DNA of 51,213 bases from a virus. The position numbers were made by a program, and so were the translations under genes. A model generated the notes under the pieces. That model saw only the letters and a program-made list of their open reading frames with translations, was not told where the DNA came from and made no database searches. The number at the start of each line of letters is the position of its first letter. The stretch's first letter is position 1. Shown here in pieces: positions 31,923 to 41,000 of the stretch. The stretch is taken from the IMG/VR virus record IMGVR_UViG_3300048080_000104, positions 1 through 51,213 of that record; one strand, written 5' to 3'.

Positions 31923-33799
31923 TTCGCAGTGTCCTGCAAGGCTACGCAGACCGTGTAGGTATCACCGGATGGATTGGGTGCAGTCCCCACGTCGAATCGG
32001 ATGCCGGCGCCGGACGGGAGTAGCCGGTCGGCATCGGCAACGAGTACGGGCTGCCAAGTGGCCGTCGAGGCACTGCCGACGCAGGTCAGCGTTGCGTTGA
32101 GACCGATCGCCGCACCTGCGAGCGTCTCCACAGTCATCGTCGCATTTGTTGTCGGCGTTACCGTTGTGTCGCTACGGCAGGACATCGCAGCGACGGTGGA
32201 AGGCTGCCATGTCATCAGCGGAATGTTCACGTTGTCGGACGTGTCGGAGACGTTGCTGAACTGATAGCAGTGGTTTTTGACCGGCGTGATGCACTTCTGG
32301 GTGAATAGTCCGTCGCCGTAGCAGTGCTGTCCGCCCATGCTTATCATCGCGTCCGTCCAAACGCCCGCATCGCTCGTGTCGATCGTGATATCGCCGCTGC
32401 TTAGCATCGTACCCGCAGGCCCACCGAGGCTCGCGTTCGATGCGGTCGGGATCGACACGCGTGAGTAGTTCGCGTCGGCGTACCCGCCACGCCCAAGATG
32501 GAGAACGTTGTCGCCGGTCTGGCCGCTGAGCCAATAGAGAGGCGTGCTCGTTCCGTCGACTACGCCACGGCGCTGATCCCAGTCCACACGATTCGTCGCT
32601 GTGTAGAGCGTGTAAAAGAAAGGTCGCCACGGCACGGAGTCCGCGCTTGGGGCCCCGCTAACGGTCCCAGTCGGCGTGCAGCTCGGTCCGTTGCAAGCGG
32701 TGATCGTGTTGCCGCTAGCTGGCGGTACATGGTCCACGCAGGTCATCCTCACGAGTGCCCCGTTGGATAGATCGGCATCCGCCTGCGCTGGTCTGCAGAC
32801 CGCGCCATTGCTGAACGTGATATTCTGGCCTAGCGCGATAGCACCAACGCCGCCCGAAGCAATCGTGACGCGGAACGTGGAAGGCGAAAACTGCCAGTAG
32901 AACTCAACGTACTCCGCGCCGGAGCGCTGCAATGCATCGTATCCGTACTCGACGCTAATCGTCGAAGCGTAGAGGGCCGGGTCTGCGTTTCCGAAGTTGT
33001 AGATTGAGAGACCATGAATCGGGTTGACGACGTTGATGGAGGGCGTCGACAGAACTCCGGACTCGATCGTGCCGATCCGTGGACCAGGGAACGGATTCGG
33101 GTCTGCACCTGCTCCATCGGCTACACCCGGGCAGTCATCAAGATCGCAAGTCGTCCACTCGGTATCCTGTCGAAAGGCATCGACGACAGCGGCATCGATG
33201 AATGGCGGGACATAATCGTCTACCCAGCTCGAGCCGTTGAATACGAGCACCTTGTCGACTTCTGCGCCGGTGGTGTCCACGTCGCTGAGCGACGTCAGCG
33301 TCAGCAAGGCGTCTATCCAGTTCGTCCCGTTGAACCGAAGCACATCGTCAACATTGGCGCCGGCTGTGTCGACGTCGGCGAGCACGGATACGCCCTCGCT
33401 TTCGAGGACGAAGTTGACGCCCGTGAGCGTCTGGAGCTCGCCGATCGAGTTAAGCTCCGATTCGAGCAGTAGAGTCGTGAAGTCGCACAGGAGCCCATTC
33501 GGAGGAGACTCGGAGCAGAACGGAGCATTGTTGATTGCGATCGCGGTGAGTGCGGTTGATTCCACACCGCCACCTTCGAGGTTCAATGTGATCGATCCGC
33601 CGCCGCCACCGCCACCACCTGCACACAGCTCCTCTCCGAGATCCTGGAGGTTTTCGCTCGTGCACGTGGTGCCCGTCTCATCGAACGAGATCTGAGACGC
33701 ATTGGCGAGCCGAGGCGGGCCGTCTCCTGTGCCCTGCCCGTAGATCGTGAGCGGCATGCACACGAGTGCCGCCGCGAGAATGGCTCTCGTGAAACGCAT
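31919..33799 (-). CDS. Secreted fibre-like protein A (626 aa)
   Basis: ATG with an AGAGGA RBS. Signal MRFTRAILAAALVCMPLTIYG-Q. A G8 run. Two LxDVD...VLxFNGxxW fibre-type motifs. 16 Cys in the mature part. Confidence 0.78.
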   Translation of the reverse strand: MRFTRAILAAALVCMPLTIYGQGTGDGPPRLANASQISFDETGTTCTSENLQDLGEELCAGGGGGGGGSITLNLEGGGVESTALTAIAINNAPFCSESPPNGLLCDFTTLLLESELNSIGELQTLTGVNFVLESEGVSVLADVDTAGANVDDVLRFNGTNWIDALLTLTSLSDVDTTGAEVDKVLVFNGSSWVDDYVPPFIDAAVVDAFRQDTEWTTCDLDDCPGVADGAGADPNPFPGPRIGTIESGVLSTPSINVVNPIHGLSIYNFGNADPALYASTISVEYGYDALQRSGAEYVEFYWQFSPSTFRVTIASGGVGAIALGQNITFSNGAVCRPAQADADLSNGALVRMTCVDHVPPASGNTITACNGPSCTPTGTVSGAPSADSVPWRPFFYTLYTATNRVDWDQRRGVVDGTSTPLYWLSGQTGDNVLHLGRGGYADANYSRVSIPTASNASLGGPAGTMLSSGDITIDTSDAGVWTDAMISMGGQHCYGDGLFTQKCITPVKNHCYQFSNVSDTSDNVNIPLMTWQPSTVAAMSCRSDTTVTPTTNATMTVETLAGAAIGLNATLTCVGSASTATWQPVLVADADRLLPSGAGIRFDVGTAPNPSGDTYTVCVALQDTAK

Positions 33800-33887
33800 C
33801 GAGTTGTCCTCTGCTTGGATCGGGTTAGAGGCCGATCGGCCGATCAGTTAGTTCGATCTGGTGTTGAGCATCATCTAGCGTGGGTGC

Positions 33888-35015
33888 TCATACTCTGCGA
33901 ACGCATTCGAGGTGCATCGAGTGTACCCTCAAAGGGGATGATGCATTTAGCGCGGCTGGACCCGTTACAACGATGTTTGTGCTGTATTCATAGGTTGATC
34001 CGTTAGTTGCGCTCAGCAGTGTATAGACAGACGTTGCATCACATTGGGAGTTGTCGGTCTGAATCGCACCGAAGCTAAAAACCCCAGTGTCTACTGCGAC
34101 AGGAGATCCAGCATTGATCTTCTGCAGCAGATCAAATTCAACCGTGCCTTGGTTAGCGTTCACGCTCGCAGACGCCCGCACGATTGTGATCACTCGAATT
34201 GCCCAGGTCCCGACGGCGGGGACGACGACTGACCTCACCAGCGCAGCTTCTACGGTGGCCTCCGTGTTACTCGAGCTCGTGGCCACGTCCATACGCGGAA
34301 GCCAGTCCGGGATGTCGACGACTGTTAGTACGTTGGAGTATGCACCCGCGCGTCTCTCCTGAATCCGGTAGCTGTCCGCCGCAGAGCGCAGCAGCTTCAT
34401 CCTCCGATCTGTCGCTCCGCCAGGACCGAGAAGCTCGAAATCATTGGACGAGAGCAGCATCGTTGCCGCCGCTAGGATCAGCTCTGGCGTCATCGTTCGC
34501 TGCTCTGTCGACGCCCCCGCGCTTCGGCGCAGCACGTCGAAGGCGGCGGAGAGCGCAGGGTTTCCAGAGACGCCAGAGCCGTTCGCCAGCGATAGAAACT
34601 CGGCGCTGTTCGTGATCGTGCGACCTGCATACACGTATTGCGCAGTGCGTGCGATCAGACCAGTCGGCGCAACGGCACTGATTACCGGCTCGAGCGCGGT
34701 GGCGATCGGCGTCGGGTAGATCTCGCGAACGCCACTTGCAGGCCAGTTGACAGAGCTACCTCCATTGCTGGAGTCGCGTACGACGTCGGGGCGTACCTTG
34801 TTCGTACCAGCGATGTAGGTCCCATCGAATACCTCGAACTGCGGTGGGGTCGCGTTGTCGAGGACGGTGAACGTCGAAGTGTCGTTATTGCCGAGCCCGC
34901 CGGAGATGGTTCGACGACCAGAAACAGCACCCAGCAGCGCATAGTGCGTAATCGGGCTCGTGATCCCGGAGGTGTTTGTCGTCTCCTTGCACAGATGAGG
35001 CATCCGGTAGGCCAT
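33888..35015 (-). CDS. Tail fibre / receptor-binding candidate
   Basis: 375 aa with an ATG start. It is the third gene after the tape measure. No signal peptide. Confidence 0.6.
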   Translation of the reverse strand: MAYRMPHLCKETTNTSGITSPITHYALLGAVSGRRTISGGLGNNDTSTFTVLDNATPPQFEVFDGTYIAGTNKVRPDVVRDSSNGGSSVNWPASGVREIYPTPIATALEPVISAVAPTGLIARTAQYVYAGRTITNSAEFLSLANGSGVSGNPALSAAFDVLRRSAGASTEQRTMTPELILAAATMLLSSNDFELLGPGGATDRRMKLLRSAADSYRIQERRAGAYSNVLTVVDIPDWLPRMDVATSSSNTEATVEAALVRSVVVPAVGTWAIRVITIVRASASVNANQGTVEFDLLQKINAGSPVAVDTGVFSFGAIQTDNSQCDATSVYTLLSATNGSTYEYSTNIVVTGPAALNASSPLRVHSMHLECVRRV

Positions 35016-36455
35016 CTACACGCCCCTGAGCTGGAGATTCGCCAACCACACACCCGAGGTTGCCGACATACGATGGTCGAATCGGATCTTGAAGGTCTGC
35101 GGGAATCGGTAGAGGCCGAGCGCCATGTCGGCGACCGTCTCCGCATCGGGATCATTGAGCGCCACGACGTCACGCGTTGTACCGACGCGCTTGTAGATGT
35201 CGCGCAGCCATTCCGCTTCCCATCTCTCCCAGCTCGTCCACCGCTTTGAGAAGTCGTCTTTCGGCTCTTGCGTGAACCCAGACTCGAAGCCGAGCAGGCT
35301 CCTCTCGACCGGAGAGAAGTCGGCCATCGAGGCGAAGTCGGAGCCCTCGATCTGATGCTTTGTCCACTGGAGTGCTTCGGAGAGGACAACCCGTCCTATG
35401 CGGATCCTGTCCTCGGTGTTCGATCCGTCTAGAAGGTCGAGCTGAACGACACGGCATGAGATGCCCACCGGGTCGTGGAAGAAGCCGTCGCGCCAGGTGT
35501 GCGCGTAGAGATCGTCGGTACCCCACAGCGCGCTGCGGTAGTCTTGACTCCCATAAGAAAACAGCGGCGGACCCCAGGTGAGCGGCACGCCTCCTGCCTT
35601 GCGATTCGGAATCGTGCCAGAAACAGGAGCCACACTCCCCCAGACGCCGAGAAGTCCTGACTCAGTTCCGATCAGCATCGAGTTAAAGTCGGCGAGAATC
35701 TGCGCGGCGGACCGTGCGAAGTTCCAGAAGCGAACCTCGTTAACCTTTCCGCTCAAAGCGTTACCAAAGGGCGAGACCAGGATCGCGGCTTGTGTCGTCC
35801 ATGTTGTGACACCTCCTAACGTCGCCTCCTGAACGCCATTAACGATCAACTTCGCAGTATTCGTCGCATTGTCGTATGTACCTGCGATATGAATCCACTG
35901 ATTCGCCACTACGTTCGTAGTGCCTGTAAGGACGCTCACCCCGTTGACATCCTTAAATTGAATCTTCCCCAGTGCGGTTACCCCGAGCATTGGATTCGTT
36001 CCAACGGCACTAATTACGTCACGCGCAAGGACCCATTGCTCACCTTCGTGGAATGGATAAAACCAGCACTCCAGATCAAAGCTAGGCGTTGTCCAGGCCG
36101 CGTCCTGTGCGGGCCCATTGGCGGGGAGATCATTCGCAGCGTCCGCAAATAGCGCCGGTCCAAACGGTGCCGTATCGACGATCGGGCTCGTCTCGATCTC
36201 AGCCTCGCTGTCGGCAAAGCGGAGCCGGTATGCGCCGTATCGCGTCGCGTTGTGGTGCATGATCCCGACGAGCGAGACGGCGCGCCGATCGGGCGCTTCG
36301 AACAGAAGAGACTTTACGCCTGTCACGTTATTCGACTCCCAGCGGTAGCTGGTGCCGTGGCGCTGGAGGTTCACCGCCGGGAAGCCGGATGCGGCCTCGC
36401 TGGCCGTCAGCTCTGCATCATCCCAGTGCGAGTCGCCGATGACCGGATACCCCAT
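35016..36455 (-). CDS. Tail-tip protein with a LamG/concanavalin-like domain
   Basis: 479 aa. ...NQWIHIAGTYDNATNTAKLIVNGV...GKVNEVRFWNFARS is a Laminin-G_3-type signature. Confidence 0.72.
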   Translation of the reverse strand: MGYPVIGDSHWDDAELTASEAASGFPAVNLQRHGTSYRWESNNVTGVKSLLFEAPDRRAVSLVGIMHHNATRYGAYRLRFADSEAEIETSPIVDTAPFGPALFADAANDLPANGPAQDAAWTTPSFDLECWFYPFHEGEQWVLARDVISAVGTNPMLGVTALGKIQFKDVNGVSVLTGTTNVVANQWIHIAGTYDNATNTAKLIVNGVQEATLGGVTTWTTQAAILVSPFGNALSGKVNEVRFWNFARSAAQILADFNSMLIGTESGLLGVWGSVAPVSGTIPNRKAGGVPLTWGPPLFSYGSQDYRSALWGTDDLYAHTWRDGFFHDPVGISCRVVQLDLLDGSNTEDRIRIGRVVLSEALQWTKHQIEGSDFASMADFSPVERSLLGFESGFTQEPKDDFSKRWTSWERWEAEWLRDIYKRVGTTRDVVALNDPDAETVADMALGLYRFPQTFKIRFDHRMSATSGVWLANLQLRGV

Positions 36456-36458
36456 CGC

Positions 36459-38057
36459 CTATCCCCACCACACGATTTGCGTCGACTCGTCCGAGCTGCG
36501 CTCGGTGATGCCGAGAATGATCCCACTGCGACCCATGCCAAAGCGGAAGCGCGGGAACTGGATACCCACCGAGCGACCCATCCGGAGCTGTCCCGGGTGG
36601 CCACGGACGCGGATCGTGTACGGCCGACGGTCGCCAGAGAAGAGAGTGAGTTGTCGCTCGGCCTCTATCTCCGCTGCGTCTTCGACCTCTGCCTCGAAGT
36701 GCGTTTGGATCGTCGAGTCGATCGCCGAGAGACGCTGCGGGATCGACACCTCCGCGCGAACAGTGCGGTACTCCTGCCCGACGAAGGCCGAGTGCACCGC
36801 ATCGACCCCACCCGCCAGAGCCGTGGCATCCTGAACCGTCCAGCTTCGCTCCACTTCGAGGATTCGCGCCTTGATCGGTGTCGGACTGCGCTGCGATCCG
36901 AGTTGGAATATCTCCTCGGGCGCGATCGTGAGCGTAGGCGGCTCGTCGCGGAGCTGGCCCACCTCGAGCTGCCCGACCGCGTTATACGTCCAGAAGCCGA
37001 GTAGGTCGTCGAGCACAGCCGAGATCGCGACCAGCGTTGATGTATCACCACCCGCCTGGTAGTAGCTGGCCTTGCCTTGATTCTGGAGCGCCAGCTTCGC
37101 GAAGCTCGGCAGGTCGAGATCTGCATCGACGAGGCCCGCGTAGTCGCGCAGCATCGCCTCGGCGATCTCGGCGTGCGTGCTCGCGAACGACCCGCCCTCG
37201 TTGTGGCCGTCCACGTCCATCGTGAGCAGCCCGTCCGGAGTCCCACCGACACGCGCGCGGCTGTTCGCAAGCTCCGTCACATACTGCCCGACCACCGGCG
37301 TCCATGCATAGAGATCGGCTACGGAACCGCCGAACGCGAGCTCGATTCCCTTGTCGTACATCGCGCGAACGGCCTGCGACGATCGATCGTGCCACTGCAC
37401 AATGTGGTAGACGCGATCGATGACGCGCGGCGTGATGTTGTTCGCAGCGCCGAAGCACACTGGCTTTCGCTGGTCGGCGAGATCTTCGCCGCCTTCGAGA
37501 CCGCCGGTGCCAGCGTAGGTCGCCGTCTGGAGCGGGTTTTGCAGCGGCAGCGACGGGTCTAGCAGCTCGATCGTGTAGCCATTCAGACTTACGTTGATTC
37601 CGCGCGCTGCGGCGGACAGCACGCGCTTCCACTCTGCGGCCGGAAGCTCGTCGAACCCGCGGTAAACGTGGACGTCGCGGCCGTCCCAGTAGTACCGCTC
37701 GAAGTCGTCGGAGTCGCCCTCGTTCGGAGCCGTGATGACGTGCATCGTCCCGTAGTTCGGTGCCGATCCCAGCCGTGCCGTGATCTCTCCTTGAGTGATG
37801 ACAGCCGAGTAATGGAGCGCCTCCTCGACCCGCATCGGGTAGGCGCCCTCGACGAGCTTGAGATCGGCGCCGATCTGCGCCCAGAAGAGCGGCACCACAG
37901 CAGCGGTGTCCGGGTCGTACGGGAACGCCTCGACGCGGTAGCGCGCTTGCTGCATCGGGTCGGCGTCGGCGATCTGATAGTTCGACAGGACCGCGAAGTT
38001 GGGGCCCACGTCGGAGGCGAACGGCTGCGCTCCAAAGCTATCGGCACCGAGCAGCAT
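36459..38057 (-). CDS. Distal tail / tail-tip hub protein
   Basis: 532 aa. Its ATG overlaps the tape-measure stop (ATGA), the position expected for a distal tail protein. Confidence 0.68.
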   Translation of the reverse strand: MLLGADSFGAQPFASDVGPNFAVLSNYQIADADPMQQARYRVEAFPYDPDTAAVVPLFWAQIGADLKLVEGAYPMRVEEALHYSAVITQGEITARLGSAPNYGTMHVITAPNEGDSDDFERYYWDGRDVHVYRGFDELPAAEWKRVLSAAARGINVSLNGYTIELLDPSLPLQNPLQTATYAGTGGLEGGEDLADQRKPVCFGAANNITPRVIDRVYHIVQWHDRSSQAVRAMYDKGIELAFGGSVADLYAWTPVVGQYVTELANSRARVGGTPDGLLTMDVDGHNEGGSFASTHAEIAEAMLRDYAGLVDADLDLPSFAKLALQNQGKASYYQAGGDTSTLVAISAVLDDLLGFWTYNAVGQLEVGQLRDEPPTLTIAPEEIFQLGSQRSPTPIKARILEVERSWTVQDATALAGGVDAVHSAFVGQEYRTVRAEVSIPQRLSAIDSTIQTHFEAEVEDAAEIEAERQLTLFSGDRRPYTIRVRGHPGQLRMGRSVGIQFPRFRFGMGRSGIILGITERSSDESTQIVWWG

Positions 38058-41000
38058 CAGGACTGCCCTGCCACGAGCTGCTCGATCTGTGTCGAGAGGT
38101 TGGCCACGGTAGTGGTGAGTGCGATCACCTGCCCGCGCAGAGACTCCAGCTCGGCCAGCGTGTCCGCCTGGGTTGCATTCGCATCGAGCTGCGCATCGAG
38201 CTGCTGCTGCTGGAGCGTGTCGTTCGCCGCACCGGCAGCCAGCGCCACCGGGCCGCCCGTCAACGGCGTCGCCAGCAGCGCATCGATCGAGGTGCGGGCA
38301 AGGTCGACACCCTCGGCGAAGCGCGGTCCCGAAGCCTCCACCTCGCGGAGCAGCTCGACGAAGATCTGCGCGGCAGAGGCGAACTCGGCGCGTTCAGTCG
38401 GGTCGAACGGCCGCTCGAACGCCTCGGCTCGCTCGGTCTCGAATCGGCTGCGCGCCTCGGCCAGCCGCGCCGGTGACGAGAGGCCGCCCAGGTCGCCGAC
38501 GGTCAGCGCATCGCGAAGCGACTGGAGCGGCGCGTTCGCGCGCGCGGTGAATTCTTCGATGATCGCCAGACGCTCTGCCGCGGCCTCGCGCTCGGCCGCG
38601 ACGATCGTGTTGAGACCCAGCTGCGCATCAAGGAACCGCGCCTCTGCGAAGAGCTTGTCGGCTTCCTTCTGCTGCGTGATAAGCAACGCGGCCAGCGGGT
38701 CGGTTCGCGAGAGCTGGCGAAGCTCCAGTACATCCGCAAAGTCGGTGCCGAGCTTCTGCCGGCCCGTCTCGAAGGCGTCGGTGAGCTTCGAGATGTCGAG
38801 CCCGAATGGAGCCGCGGCTTCCCTCGCGGTCGTGAATGCATTCGAAAGCTGGGCGAGAGCCACTTCGAATTGCGGGATCTCTTCGCCAGAAAGGGTCCGG
38901 ATGCTCGCTTGAAACTGACCCCGAGCGTTGAGGAACTCCTCGATCAGCGGGCCGAACTGATCGGCGTTGCTGAACTCTGCGCGGCCGACGAACGCTGCGC
39001 CGAATCCTGCGCCCTCGATCGCCTCGAAGATCTGGCCGATGCGTCCCGCGACAAGATCGTTGAACGCCTCGGTGACGTACTTGCCGCGATGTCGCGTCGA
39101 GACAAGGAACGATTGCGGGCCGATGTTCTGCGCGAGCTGCGCGGTGGCCTTCTCGATCTCCTCCGGGTTGAGCACCGCAGCAATCGCGGTATCGAAGGCA
39201 ACGATCGCGTTCAGCAGCTCTCCGGCCTGCGGCTCTTTGAGTCGATGGCCTCCGGTGAATGCGAGAGTCCCGAACGGGCCCGCTTGCTCGACACCGGTCG
39301 GTGATGTACCCGGTGCCTGCGTCGCGAAGTCGAAGCCGAAACGCGGCACGTCATTGTCGAACGTCGCAACGGTCGCGGCCGTGATGGCGGACGACAGCGA
39401 GTAGGTCGAGAACGCCGTATTTCGCCCCGCGATCCACGGGCTCAGGCCAGCGACGGGATTGGTCTTCGCGCTGGCCAGCTCCGCGCCGGCCGGGATGCCT
39501 TGGATCGCGCCTAGAATACCAGCGGCGATCCAGCCGACGACCGGAACGGACGCTGACGACAACACACCAGCGCTCAGTCCTCCAGCGGTACCGGCTGCAG
39601 CGCCAATGCCGGCAACCCCGCCCGTTGTGTAGCCGGCAATGAGGAGTTGCGCGCCCAGCGTCGCGGCCTCGAGCACTGTGGGAATGAGGCTCGCGCCGAG
39701 CACCCCGACGATTGCGGAGAGATTCGCATTCGCACCGAGCGAATTGGCGAGCAGCCCTGCACCAATCCCGAATGCGGCGCCGCCGAGAATCTGACTCGCT
39801 CCACCGAGCAGGCTCCCGCCGCCGCCGCCACCGCCGCCAAAGAAGCTGAGCCCACCGCCGCCACCACCGCTAAACAAGCCGAGCAGATCTTTCAACGCGC
39901 CGATCCCGCTGCGCGTACCAGTCTCGGCCCCCTCTTCGACGCCGCCGCGCAGCGCCGCCACCACCTCGTCGAGCGAGGCCGTCGCGGGCAGGCCCGTCGC
40001 ACCGAGCGCGGGTGAGACAATCCCGCCGCCGCCGCCGCCGAACAGACTGTCCAGAAGGCCACCGCTGCTGCTCGATCCGCCGATCCCCTGGAGCACCGGC
40101 TGAAAAATGAGCAGCGTTGCGATCTCGCCGGCCAGCCGCGCGAAGATGTCGTCGAGGATGGCGTCGCCGAGATCCTCGAAGCTGTCGATTCCGTTGCGGA
40201 TGATGTCGGTGAACATGTCGCCGAACGCGCGTTGAATGTTCTCGGCCGCGTTGAGGAACGGCTGCTCGTAGGCCTGCTGTAGCCGCTGTGCCTCGGCTGT
40301 GGTGACCTGTAGCGCTGACGTCAGCTCTTTGTTCGCCTGCGCCGCGTCGCGCACGCGCTGCACGTCTTCTTCGGTGAGCGGACCGCCGATCTCACGAATG
40401 CGGCGCAGTTCAGCCTCTTCGGCTGCCAGCTCGCCAGCGAGCGCAGCGATCGCATCCTTGCCCTGACTGGCGACTTCGATCTGGCGGCGCAGGATCTCGT
40501 TCTCCGCGTCGATGCTGAGAAGTCGCTGCTCGGAGGTCGCGAACGCTTCCTGCTGGGAGAGCGCCGTCTTCCGGATCTCCTCGTTCCACGCGGCTTGCGA
40601 ACGCTCGGCCTCGGTCGTCGCCTTGGCGACGTCCTTGTAGGATTTCGTCGCCTCGACGGTCGCGGCGCGCGCGAGCGCGAGCAGCTCAATGCGGCGCTGC
40701 TCGGTGATAAGCCCGTCAGCACGCAGTCTATTCAGGTCTGCCTCGACGATTGCAAAGGCAAGGCCAGCAGTCTTGACCTTGTCGTACTGCGTCTCGAGGT
40801 CGCGTAGCTTTGCGGCCTGCTCGATGAGGCGAGCATTCTCTTCGGCCGGAGTCGTGACCTTCCCGGGTCCACCTCCGAAGGTGATCGGCTGGCCACCAAG
40901 GCCGATCAATGGGTTCGGTGCCGGCTGCGTCACGAACTTGGCCGCGAGCTCCAGTCCTGCGGCCAGTTTGTCGATGAGCCCTTGGAGAACGTCCGCAGCG

